A DNA stretch of 64,000 nt from Octopus vulgaris. Its lineage: Eukaryota. Shown here in pieces: positions 42,892 through 56,489 of the stretch (the stretch's first letter is position 1; each line of letters starts with the position of its first letter). The stretch lies in NCBI GenBank assembly GCA_951406725.2, contig OX597822.1, positions 50,468,001 through 50,532,000 of the forward strand, given 5' to 3'. The position numbers were made by a program, and so were the translations under genes. Under the pieces are notes generated by a model. It had not been told where the DNA came from and made no database searches. It saw only the letters and a program-made list of their open reading frames with translations.

Positions 42892-44889
42892 CGTGTGTGT
42901 GTGCGTGTGTGTGCGTGTGTGTATTTACACACATAATAATATATATACATATATACACACGCATCATGGATTTGACATGGTAATGATATAATGGGAATGT
43001 AGATTTATACTTCGTAGACATTATCCAAAAGAGGAGATAATGTCTTGTCTGATCAGCAGAAACAAACATGTAGACACATACTCGAGAATTATCTGAGGAT
43101 GGGAAAGGGGTTAGCGCAAACAAATTGCAGACAATCCTTATAACTTTCGGTGTTTCTTCATATCTATTCAGTTGCCAGAACAGTTTCTGTCTCATTCCAC
43201 CCACACTCTTCCCGTCTTGTCTCTCTAAGCACTTCAGAATTGATTTTTCCTATTAAAGATAAAGAAAATATGTGACAACAAAAGGTTGGATTATGGAAAT
43301 TGATTGTAAGATACCTAAAAGAAAGAATGAATTAATACAGAACGTTGTTGATATGAAGAAAGAAACAAACAGAAGTGGAAGGCATTGAATATTAAGAATA
43401 TAGCGATAAGAGGAAATACCATAAAGGCAAGTAACTAAAATGCAGAGACTATTCATATTTATCGAAAGGGATACAGGAAGAAGAAAATATTTGAAACTAC
43501 TGAATAAAGTACAAACGAATGGCTGACTTCGTAATTTAAAATAGCTAAAGGAATAAAATGAATAGATATTTGTATGAAAACAGAAGATAACAGAAATTGG
43601 CCCAATGCTAAATAAACGGTTATTATTAGCAAAGACTTGACAGAAAATATTGAAGTGAAAAGTATTATGAGATATTGTTCAATTCCATGTCGTTGCTAAC
43701 ATTTTATATATCAATTAAGCATTCAGAAACTTGAAAGGTGAGTATTCAGTTAATAATAGCTTCGAAATCATTCTGAATATACGTTAAACATTATACATAC
43801 GAATTGTAACACGGACGAGTAGTATGGAAGCGCATCAAAATATGAATACTTATTAACGAGGCTGGTTTCTAGATACATAATGTCTCATATAATGTAGTGT
43901 GTCAGTCTCTCTTGGCTTCTAGAGCATTATTTTCCAAAGTTGTGACTCGGTCTTAAGACCGCCGCAAAATTCCTCACTACCCCATAAGAAGACAATAAGT
44001 AATTCACAGACTCTTATCGACGTTTTAATCTTCTTCATAAAATGTATCAGCAATTCGACAAATTATAGATCTATTACAAATTTAAATTTTAATTGTGGAT
44101 ACTTTCTTACATTTAAAAGGTGGGAATAAATTAAAATACTAATGATTTTCCTTTAATATTTCGGGAAGACTCCATCTTTAAAATGTTTAATTTTTATAAC
44201 ACGTATTCGTGTTGTCTAAGATCTATTTATATTCATCCAAAATAAATACATAAAATACATGTAAATGTATATAATCTGCAGTATAGTATTTTACGTATGA
44301 TGGAATAAATTCTTAATCTAATGATATTCTATTTACTCCTGAAACTAGATAAACTTAGATTGCCTCGAAAAATGTATGGATCAAAGAAATATTTGCTTTG
44401 CAATCATGGACTGAAATGCTAAGATACTGGAACTGGCTTTAATAGATATGTAGTTACACTTATTTGCATACTGACGTCTGTCAAATTAAATTTGTTCAGA
44501 TTCAACACGCCTAAACCACACTTAATGCTGAGAATCTAAGTGCAATATATTTCTGAAGCACAAACGCATATACATGTAGAGCTAATCTGCAAACCGTTGA
44601 ATTCTTTGGCAGATATAATTCCGTAAATCGCTCTGTATTGAAGGTTTTATCTTGTACAGCGATTTTGTATTACGAATTCAAGAATGTTCACCGAGTTGAT
44701 ATTCTATATCAAAGTATTTAACATTATTATAATGATGTTTTCTAAAGTAAGAGTGTTCTGAATTTTCAAAGCATTTGCTTTAATTAAAATGTTTATCTGT
44801 CAAGTTTGCTGATTTTCCGCAACGTACATCTGCCTGTCTTACTACATACATGCATACATACATGCATATATACATACATGCATACATAT

Positions 44890-44926
<37 letters not shown>

Positions 44927-45833
44927 CATATATACATACATACACACACAGGCACACATATATATACATATATACATACCTACACATATATATATATATA
45001 TGTATATATATATACACACATATATATATATATACACATACATACAAATACATCCACCCATATATATATATAAATAATTTGCGAATATATAATTGTCTCT
45101 ATTATTATTTAGTGTAACAAGTTTAAAATGATAATAACAGAATCAATAACACCACAAAAAAAAAACATTAAGTACCTGAAGGATTAAAATTAATCAGAGA
45201 ACATACTAAGTAATAATAAGTACTCTTATTTAAATCGCCAAAATACACTGATAATAACAACCATCCGTTGGCAAATGGGCTATGACAATCTCTAAGGATA
45301 TATTCAAATATTTGGACTCCCGTGGACCGATTTATGGACCGGCATAACAGCCGCACCTCCCTCAGCACGCATTACCATGATAGAGAGTCCCAACCTGTCA
45401 GGTGATGTCTGAGCTTCAACTGATTCGTTTTGCGCTGAATCATGGCAGCCACCAGTGTGAAAATAATTTCAATACAGAGCAAATAATTCACGAGAAAAAT
45501 AATTTGCGAAGATATCATTGTCTCAATTATTATCTAGGTAAAAATTTTATGAAAATTATTAGGAAGTAGACAAAGTTAGCATGTCCTTTAATTAATTTTA
45601 ATCCTTCACCTATTTAATGCCTTGGGGGGCGGGAGCTGTAATCGCTAATATTATTGATTCAATTATATTGCTGATTCGACGCAAAACAAATCAGTTGTAG
45701 CTCACAATTCAGCGTGACGGTTGATTTCTGTACTTATTATCAGTGTATTTTGGAGATTTTAATTAAGAGTAATTTTTTTCTATTATTTCTAACATGTAGA
45801 CATACTCCGTAGGTCCTTCGCTTCTTTATAATT

Positions 45834-45903
<70 letters not shown>

Positions 45904-46103
45904 CAGCACGGAGTTTTGTCAGTGAACAGGTCGCGGTCTTATAGCGACGAAAATATTTTGACAAATTAAACTTAAATGTTGAAGTGAATCGAACGGCTTT
46001 TGTGTGTTTCTTAAATGGCTTACAAACACCTTCCATGCTGCAATTGTTTTCGTTCCTGCACACAATCTCAGATCAAATCACTTGCTATGCAAGTACATCT
46101 CCG

Positions 46104-46163
<60 letters not shown>

Positions 46164-46164
46164 A

Positions 46165-46195
<31 letters not shown>

Positions 46196-46199
46196 ATGT

Positions 46200-46520
46200 A
46201 TAAGAAGGAGCATTCCGTCGGTTACGACGAGGAGTTTTCCATTTGAAACGAACAGCGTGCTCGTGAAATTAACGTGCAATAGACTGAGCACTCCACAGAC
46301 ACCTGCATCCGTAACGTAGTTCTCATGGAGATTCAGCGTGACGCAAAGTGTAGCAAGGCTGGTCTTTGAAATACATGTACTGCTCATTTTTGCCAGCTGA
46401 GTGGATGGAACAACGTGAAATAGAGTCTTGCTCAAGTATACAACGCGTCGCCGGGAATTGAACTCATGACCTTACGATCTTGAGCCGAAGGCCCTAACCC
46501 CTAGGTCATGCACCTTCACA
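46200..46520 (-). mobile_element. tRNA-headed SINE
   Basis: Minus strand gacctaggggttagggccttcggctcaagatcgtaaggtcatgagttcaattccc head, followed by a SINE body. Confidence 0.75.
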
Positions 46521-46554
46521 CGCACACGCACGCACACACACACACACACGCACA

Positions 46555-46591
<37 letters not shown>

Positions 46592-47880
46592 GAGTGTGAC
46601 AGCATTGATAAGAAATTGGCATTTGGATCATGAAGTCTTCAATCGGATGCATTCACCCATCATAGCATCATACGCAAATGTATTTCACAACAGTATTTAT
46701 CGAACCGCTATTTGCATATAATATTCAGTCATCGCAAATAATGTGAAGCCAGTCATGTGTACTGTAACTTTAATATAGCTTTCGAGCTTTGAGACCTAAA
46801 GTAAGCTTAATGTGTCTCGCTGAATCCTTTTGAATCTAACTCATTCAATAAGTTATAATAATCCCTAATAGGTCGTTTTCGATATCAGAGACAAAGACTC
46901 ATGTACTAGATATGCATCATAAGGCGAATTTACAAAGATAACCCATCAATGTTTTATGAAGGCTGCTATGGAACAGACCAGCACACATATTGTTCGTAAC
47001 ATATTCCTCAAAAATGAAAAATGCTCGGATTTTCTGAGTATGATATTGTACGTTATATGTGTATAATAAAGCTGAGCTTGCCATCGATACAAATAAAATA
47101 TGTATGCAAATATTTAGCGTTTAGAATGCTATCGTATCATAAATTAATCAATCTACGCATATTGACAAAGATATTCCATTAACAACATAATATGTTGTGT
47201 GCGAAACTGATATGTGTGTGTGTGTGTGTGTACGTGTATTAATAAAAACGTTTGTCAAATATATCAATAATATGAAACTATCAGAAATTCATCGAAGAAA
47301 TTAATCTTCCCATGAGTAATACCGATTTTGCGGGTACCATATAATTCGTTAACTCTTACCGGCTATACGTAATGAAACACTTATTTTCTAACAATAGAAG
47401 TTTGATTCTAAATCAGTTCCACCCACGTGCGGCAAATAGATTAGAATTACAATTTTCGAACTACAATTTGTGCACATCATGCAAAAATTATTAAATGCTA
47501 CATTTTCAATCACTTTATATCATATACTACAGCATAATCAATTACAAAATTTTATTTTGCATATATTTTAACTGCTGCAGGTATATTATTAACCGACATA
47601 TCGCAAAATCCTCAGCAATCGTTAAACGAATAGATTTTTCTGTCTAATATCAATCAATCCTACATAATAGTCATCTTCATTGTTAAGATATATTACACAG
47701 AGATACCAACATTCTATGCTAATAAATATTAGTAAATAATAAACGAGTAGAACGCCATTAATCACTGCAGTTCAAATTCACTATCACTGCTATATTAACT
47801 TACCTTATATATATGATGATTTGACGTTTATGTTTAGCATATTAAGTATCCACTTTAGTGGTAATTCCTCTTAATTTTGT

Positions 47881-47991
<111 letters not shown>

Positions 47992-49262
47992 TATATATAC
48001 ATACATATAATATATATTCATATTATTTTTATTTAATTGAATGCTACGCATCCATTTCCAAGTAAGCTTATCTTAACCTTTTTGATACGACTCTACTCAT
48101 CCTATCTAATTTCCCTTTTCTCCCTTCACCGTTTTCTATCTGTCTTTATCTCTCACCCCTTCTTTCTCTTTTTCTATTTCGTTGCACGCACGTGACCATC
48201 GTTCTTCTCCTGCATGGACGTTCAAAGGAATGGACATCTCCAATCTCTTCTATCTTTTCTCTCTTAAAAGAAAACATTTCTGTCACCGTTCACTATTTCC
48301 CCTCGTTCTGGTCTGACGAGCTTCCATGTTTGTTTTCGTTCAGTTTCCTTGAATGGGTTCACAGTCCTGTTTGTGTACCTCCTTAAATCCAAAATTTCAT
48401 TTTGGTATTTATGGGAACAACTGTCCTCGAAGATTCATATAGTTGTTGATTGCTTAAAATGGGGAGTGATAGAGAGCCGACAAAGCCTTTTTTTTACAAG
48501 GATAACCACCAGTCACATCTTTCAAAAGCTATGGTTGAAAAAAATTAGGGAAAATCCCCGAAAAGATTTTCCCCACATATTTCTTTATAATCGTATTCTA
48601 TGCCGTTTGAAAAGGATTTGTATAAATTTTCATTAAAAGATATCCACCTTCCTGAAAGTTATAAGGGGAAAAAAGTCAGATCGCGTGAATCTTCTGAAAT
48701 TCCACTCTCCACCCTCTCGCAAAACTTCTTTCGTATAAATCCCTATATACTCTGAAGCCACAACATTTAAGCAGTATTTGTAGAAAATTTTGTTAAAAAG
48801 TATTCATTTTTCTGCATGTTATGGAGGCAACAAATTCGGGTGTGTCTACATGTGTGGTAATGGCCTTTTATCTATACGATTTTTTTCATTTCATGTTTAC
48901 TTCATTCATTGCTTGCAATGTTCTCTCGGTCTCCGTCACACACACTGCAAAGATTACAGATGGACGCCTAAACTGAAATCTCTATGTGGCATTGAGGGTA
49001 AAGTAAAACTTGACAAAATGCTTCTCCCTCTGTTGTTGGACTACTGTGATGTTAAAATAATTAAAGCAACATTTGCCAAGCAAGTGAGCACCGTTATACA
49101 AAGAAATAATTAGACGTAAAATATAAACATTATTAGAAATGGGAATGACATGTGAAAATATCAAGGGACTAGCAGTTTTCCTGACGAGATGATTACATTG
49201 TTTTACATCATTTTATTCCCTCATGAATATTATAATATTTTCTTCGAAATATATGTCGGAAG

Positions 49263-49315
<53 letters not shown>

Positions 49316-49944
49316 ATGAAAACTTTACATAATTGTATACAGCAGACATACATACATATATATGTTGCGTGTACAAATACATTCAATTGTATTACATATA
49401 AAACACTGAGTCATGCCATTCGAATGAGTCCTACTCAAATTTGTACAGATATCATATGAGAATATCCATAATGAATTATTTCCATTTAATTCCATCTATA
49501 TTTGGGTTTTTTTTTCGGTTTTTTTTTTGTTGCGTGTAGACAATAAAGTATGCTATGTTATATAAATCACTAAGTTATATTATTCCTTAAAAGACAAAAA
49601 ATGAGTTTCTGCATAAAGATAGAATGCATTTGACACAGAAGTACATTGATTTCTTTCAATGTACTGCCCTATTTTTTTGTCTATTTAGTTGCATCGAAAG
49701 AAATAATTGTATTTCAATTAGTTTATTGAACATGAAAAACAGAAATGCAATATTTTCTTCGGTGAAATTAGAACCGTGAATGTAAAGGTTATGTTCGCAT
49801 TCACTATAAGAACACTGAGATCCTCTGAACGCTTGTAAAAATGAAAGTTTCAAATATAGCCAGAATTGGCTTCACAATTCATTGAACAGAAGCTTGAATA
49901 AATTTGCATGGAATAATATTCTTAAACTAGATTACGACAGCTAG

Positions 49945-50135
49945 CTCTCAGCTGGCCGGACAACATTATTCGCAATATTCCGTCCGTCGTTATGCTTTGA
50001 GTTCAAATTCTGCCGAGACCGACTTTAATTTTTATCTGTTCAGCGTTGATAAAGTAAGTACCAATTCAGTTCTGAGGTCAATGTAATCGGCCAACAAACT
50101 CTCCCAACGTTGTGGACATCGTAGAAGAAAGTATT
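49945..50135 (+). mobile_element. Degenerate SINE (family of 61347-61577)
   Basis: tgagttcaaattctgccgag..gataaagtaagtacca..gtcaatgtaatcg. Confidence 0.65.
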
Positions 50136-50879
50136 ATCGAACTAGATTAGCTCCAAAATGAATTGACATTGCTTAACCTCAAAGTAAAGAAAAGTGATCG
50201 ATAGAAGTCTATGAAAAGTATTTTATTTCCCTAGTAGAAAGGCGAGCGCAGTTATGCAGTCATACATTTCCAGAATAACGTCTACATAAACGTTCCATCG
50301 CGTCCATCCAGAAAATTAGACTGATTGCTTTAATATGCTCAATAAAGTATAGTTGTGGAATTTTTTTTAATAATCCAACGGACACTTTATGATGTGATTC
50401 CTGCAGGAGATAGAGCTTGGATTTCAAATTACCCGTGAGAGATGATTCTCATTTCTAATTATTTTCATATAAGTTACTTTCTCGTCATAGCGCTTTCTTT
50501 CTCGCGCTTTCTTTCTATTATTCTCTCTGTGTGTTTACTTTTTAATTACGTTCGTGTGTTCTCTCATAATTTACATTTGTCTTTTCTCTACAAACGCTCC
50601 CCTTCTTGCTTTCTATCATTTTGTCTTTCACTTTTCAACTTTACTTAAGGCGGTTTCGTTTCTAATAAAATACTTTATTACTTCATTATTTATCCGAAGT
50701 AGTATTTACACTGGCATAAATTCACTCGTTTTACCAATACAATTTATCTTTTCTTTTCTTTCTACTCGTATCCTTGTTTAATGTAAATATATTTACCTAC
50801 TGATAGATTGGATAATTCGTGAGGACAACAGTGGATGTTAGATAACGATGTCTCCTCTCTTCAATACTTAATCTCTTTG

Positions 50880-51600
50880 TTTGTGGAAACTATCATGTAG
50901 GAGACACTTCAAGACAACGACTATTCTCCTTCAATTGTAGGACGGCCTATTTCCATCCTATGATTTGCTGATGATATTGATCTCTTAAGAAGCTGTGGAG
51001 TAGAACTAGAGGGGCTCGTTATCAGACTGGAGAAAGTGTTAGGAGCATATGGGATGGAGATCAGCCAAGAGAATAGCAACATAATAAGTAACAGTAACAA
51101 ACAGAATTCAGAAGGTTTTGATGAAGTGGAGCCTTTCAAGTAGTTTAGGAGCCACTTTTACCAAGGACGGTAAATTTCAAAATGAAATAACGAGACCCAT
51201 TATAGCCTCAGCTGCTAAATCTGAACAACATATGGAAAAGCAATTCGGTCAGTTTTCCAACAAAATTCACAGAGCAGTTACACATCCCGTACATAGAGCA
51301 CAAAAGGAACAGATTTATCAAGCAACAAATCAACCAATATGCTAGTAGAAAAGAGCCACTCCTTGTGTTGGCAAAAGTGACGAAACGAAAGCTTGTCTCG
51401 TACGGTGATGTATCCCGACGTACTTCCCTGTCCAAAACCATTCTTCAGGGTACAGTTGAGCGAAGGCAAAAGAAAGACAGAGGGAAAATAAGGCTCGGCA
51501 ACATCAAAAACTGGACAGGTTAGAATACTGCGAACCTGTTATGCCTGACACAGAACAGAAACTAGTGGAAAAAAACTGACTGTAAAAGCACTTAGAGTGG
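50880..51600 (+). mobile_element. RTE-clade LINE 3' relic
   Basis: IVGRPISIL*FADDIDLL, YGMEISQE, FK*LGATFTKDG and SKTILQGTVE motifs. Confidence 0.75.
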
Positions 51601-54224
51601 AAGAAAACGAGTGGCTCTATCAGTTAACGAGTCTTGATCATGTTGCCATTAGTTTTACGTGTTATACATTATACTAAAAGTATTAATGAACATTTCCTTT
51701 GTGAATTATCGAGTATGTTATACCCTGTGCACGTTCATTACTATTAAAAATATAGGATCGTCATTTTTACTTTTGTTATATATTTGTGTCTATGTCGGCT
51801 ATTTATTGAACTTAATGAGCACCATAAAATATACGAACACTTATAATCCAAGGTTAGTCTGCCTGTGTTTCTCATTAATGAACTATTTATAATTCTGTCC
51901 ATAAAACAATATACATGTTCATGCACAATTAGCATACATTAGCTTACGGTTGTGGTATTATAAGGGAGCAGAAAATTACATTTCAAAAACAGTTCGTGTT
52001 TGTCTAGCAAACAATGTTGCACTTTGATCTATCAGCTGAGACTTAAATTGTGTATACTTTTCGGAAGATCGTCATTTGTAGTCTTTTGTTCCACGGTGAC
52101 CGAAAAAAGTTTCTCTGGGGCATGGATATATGGTTATTCTTTTCTGTAAAAACAACAGTTAGTATTTTGTATAGTATGTGCTTTGAAACAAGGAAATTTC
52201 ATAATTTAACGGGTGATGTAATATTGATGAGAAAAAGGTACTTATCAATGACTAGGTTCACTGGTTAAAGTTATGTTTTTAAACGAATTGATGAATTTAC
52301 GACTGGAAATCGACTGTTTTGAGAAATAAAATATTTTTTGTCGAGACGCTTTGATATCATGTGGGCCTGTAGATTTCTGTATGTTACCGATTTCTCTTCA
52401 TATTTAACTCCTTTGAAGACCTGTTCACATGGATTGGGGAACTACTTATATTCTTTTCCTTTTTTTTCTAAGATAAACCAATAAATTCCATATACATCAA
52501 TTGCTGTAAGAACACATGTGACATAATGACGCTAATGAGACAAGACACATTCAGAAAGCAACATAATAATTAGATTTTATTTAATAAACAACAGAACAAT
52601 TTTTAGAAACTACTCAATTCAATAAATACATTAACAGCGTAACTTTAGACAACATGTCCTTGGGAATGTTGCAGTTGATTCATTCTGGAATATTTAACAT
52701 GCAGCTCTCTGATTTGCAAAACAGCTGAATTTGGAGGCACAAATTAGAATCTTTGAAAAAGATCGTCCACTAATTAGAATACTGCGGGCAAATGCCGAAA
52801 TTGATGTTCTAAAACATTAGAATTCCCAAAAAGTTTGGTGTGATTCTTTAGAAAACTTGCGTTACCAATATTAGCATCCTCAACAATATACACACGCAAA
52901 GTTGTTGTTTTTTTCTGTAAAGAACTGTCATCTCTTATTATTGGCTTATCCTTACTGAAAAAAAAACGGAATAAAAGCATAATTCTCAAAACAACGCAAA
53001 GTAATGATAATGAATTTACCAACAATTATTATTTCGTTTTGTTAAATGCTCACATTTCTTGTTTCTTATGCTCGAATATAATTGACAGATGATTGTATTA
53101 TTCTATCAGCTTGTTTAGAAACTCTGTTATCAATTATTTTTTTGTTGCTTATTGCAATCTTTATAAATTACTGTTATTCAATATTATGTTTATAGCTGTT
53201 GACATTAACCATTGCTTAAATATACCTTCTAAAAAGCTTTCATTACTTCAATTTAAGTATCAAGACGCATTTATTCTTCAAATGGTACATTATCATTAAT
53301 ATTTATTCATTAATTTTAGATTTTATGAATTACTTTTTAAAAACAAAACATGTAATTCCGAAAGCTTCTCTATTGAAACAATTCAGAGCATATTGATTGT
53401 CTAAACAATCTTCTTTAAGCATGCTTTCAACAATTTGTTCTCTTTCCGCGTAAAAGTATTGTAAAATACAAATATAACAGAACTAATATGCTGCTCAATA
53501 ATTCCCAAAGGCACGTGAGAGACGTGTCTGACAAAACCATCGTACACGCTTTGAATTGCCTACCTGATTTTAGCGATTAAGTTGTCGAAATGCTCTCAAA
53601 GCAAAAGAAACTGATCAGAAAAAAATAAGCAAAGAAGCATTCCAACTGTTTATGTTAAAATTAATCTTGTTACCATTGCAGTTATTAAACAGAAGCCGTC
53701 CTTTCTAGAGTACATGTAAAAGAGCATTTCTCTGAATTCATTACACCTTGTTTCGAGACGGTGCGAATGTAGCACAGTACTCCATTAATCATTGTTTCCA
53801 TCGTTTCTTTGACACTTTTGTGCTGTTTCTTTGATAACGGCCCCGTTGAGTCTTCCTTGGAACAACTTAAATTTTGCATGGTCTGAGCATGTGTTCCTCG
53901 TATATAATTCAATGGGAAAACTTTCCATGAATCAACACCCCTTGTATTAGATTATTGTTGATATCTAAGACAAGGTTATGATAGAAATATCATTCTATTT
54001 CTTGATAAGAAGGAAATTCGGTTGTCATGGCCGCGGTGTTTGTTGAATAACAAATATTCAGTACAGAATGTTGTTATTCACTAACACCTTAAGAATTAAG
54101 AGACGCAAACGCATACACAGACACACACACACTCACGCACATTCATCATACACACACGCACATATATAAACGTACAGAAGTACAGAGAAAGAGGGGGAGA
54201 ATAATGTGAAATATATGGATGGAG

Positions 54225-54272
<48 letters not shown>

Positions 54273-55175
54273 GGAGATTTATCAGAATAAGAAGATTTTG
54301 AATGAAGTGAAATATACGCAAATAGTTATATGCCTGCATAATGTTCAGAATAATGTATAGTTATATGAATATTACGCTATACAGTGTAGGATAATGAGAA
54401 ACGCAAAAAATGTCACGATATGGGAGGAGCGAACGAAAGTAAATAAAAAATACATTACGAAGATTACATTGTGCATACAATTTCTCAGTATAACAATACA
54501 TCCAGAGCTTCAGATAAATAAACTCCTTGTGTTTATTTCTACGCGAAGAAAATATTTGGAAAGTGATTGAAATAGATGCCAAAAGGTTTATGGATGGCGT
54601 TTGATCTTTCTGGGAAATTATATTCCATTTCCCACGATGAAAAATTGACTACAGAACTGTTCATCTGCAACAGAAATATAACTTCAATGTTATAAAATGT
54701 ATTCTTTATCATTTCAATATATTAACCCCCCCGAGGATAACGACGATTGCAACTTAAGAGTATTGCTTTTCCCTGCTTGGAATATTTCCTAAGCAATATT
54801 TGTTTTAGGATGGCATGGTGTAAGGGTTGCTTTTACAATATTGGAATATAAGCGCTGCCTATCCTTCTACTTCATAATGAAATGGCATGTCACTTTAAAT
54901 GTTCGCAGTTTGTATCTTTTCTCTAATATCGCATGGGTTAACGACAAAGACAATAATGTTATCGAGAATTTGTTTGAGATGTGCCCATGAGATAAAATCA
55001 TACAGATGTAACAATATAGATTTCAATATTATATCTATGTTATTACATCTATATTGGTTGATTTTACCGTTTGTATTAAATCAGCTTTATTGCTGTGACG
55101 GCAGTGTGACAACGCTCAGTTTGTTTAGATCGCAATGCTCAGTTTCCACTTCTAAGTTAAAGTCAAAAATATTTC

Positions 55176-56110
55176 TATTTGAGATGTTATTGACCGTTCT
55201 GCTCTGAATCCATTTTGTTTTGGTCGCAATTGTTTGTCTAATCTTGTATCATCTTGTTGACCATTTTTGCGACAACGGAAGACAGACTGTTTCCTCTGTA
55301 ATTCCTAGTATCCCTTAGGTTTCTAGCTTTGAGCAGTGGTAGCAAGTCTATCTCAGACTATTGTTCTGGCTTCCCATTGTCATTTAGTTGTTAGTTTGCA
55401 AATTCAAGGATGATGTCATCTAAATTACATACGTTTAATACTTCTGGTGGGATGTTGTCAGGACCGGTTTGGTTTATTTCTTTCAGGTTACTTGTAGCTC
55501 TTTCTATTTCTTGTTTTGTGAAGTTTCAATCCTCGATTTGCAAACCGTAAATTGTCTTTGCTAATTCTTCATGTTCTGTTTCCCTGTCAACTTCTGGATC
55601 CTCCCCAAGATAGTTGTACAAATGAGTGCATCATTTCTTGATTCTCTCGTCCTTTGATTTACATTTGATGATTCCTTGCTTAAAAGACTAATGGAGGAGT
55701 TAAAAGCCACAACGGGAAGGCTATCATTATCTACGTAGACTTTAAAAAGGCTTTTGATTAGAGGAATGATGATGAAAACACTTAATGCATATGATATTCC
55801 ACCAAAACTTCTGAGAGCAATAAGTAATATGTATGAGAACACTTGAGCGAAAGTGATCACTCTTGATGGAGTGACGGAATACTTTGAAGTCATAACCGGA
55901 GTATTACAAGGCGACACCCTAGCATCTTATCTCTTCGCCATCGTTCTGGACTATATAATGTGTAGAACGTACGAGGACAAGAAAGAAGAGCTGGGATTCA
56001 AACTGCATAGGCAAAGCATTAGATGGCATCAACCAGTAACATTAACTGACCTAGACTATGCTGATGACCTGGCATTACGAACAGAGAAGACAGATCAGGC
56101 ACAGGTGGTT
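55176..56110. mobile_element. RTE-clade LINE fragment with inverted 5' part (55176-55674 minus; 55675-56110 plus)
   Basis: Minus: GPDNIPPEV..LRPKQNGFRAERSITSQI. Plus: AIIIYVDFKKAFD, GVLQGDTLASYLF and LDYADDLAL. Confidence 0.85.
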
Positions 56111-56340
56111 TTATTCCGTATGGGAAGCAAATTAAATCTAATATTCCTTTGCAGTTCCGTGAAGTAGTTGGTAAGAACTTTCCAAAAAATTCTAGATATT
56201 ATTCAATTATTAATTCTCATATAGTTACAGTTGCCTTCTCCAACACAGAGACTCTTTCACAAATTATGTCTTCTCATAACACCAGTCTGCTAAATAAAAG
56301 TTCATTTTCTGGAAGTTCCAACATTAATTTTGTTAATTCC
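56110..56340 (+). mobile_element. Penelope-like element linker fragment
   Basis: YGKQIKSNIPLQFREVVGKNFP..IINSHIVTVAFSNTETLSQIMSSHN resembles the PLE RT-endonuclease linker (NxxTVKxSYSxxxN..ISSHN). Confidence 0.65.
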
Positions 56341-56388
56341 AGCCATCACATAATAATAATAATAATAATAATAATGATAATAATAGTA

Positions 56389-56443
<55 letters not shown>

Positions 56444-56489
56444 TAATAATAATAATGATAATAATAATGATAATAATAATAATGATAAT

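Noticed and set aside
53682-53715. Candidate 34-bp exon IKQKPSFLEY, reminiscent of copine SFLDYI
   Set aside because: Too short, and I found no other copine exons in the window.
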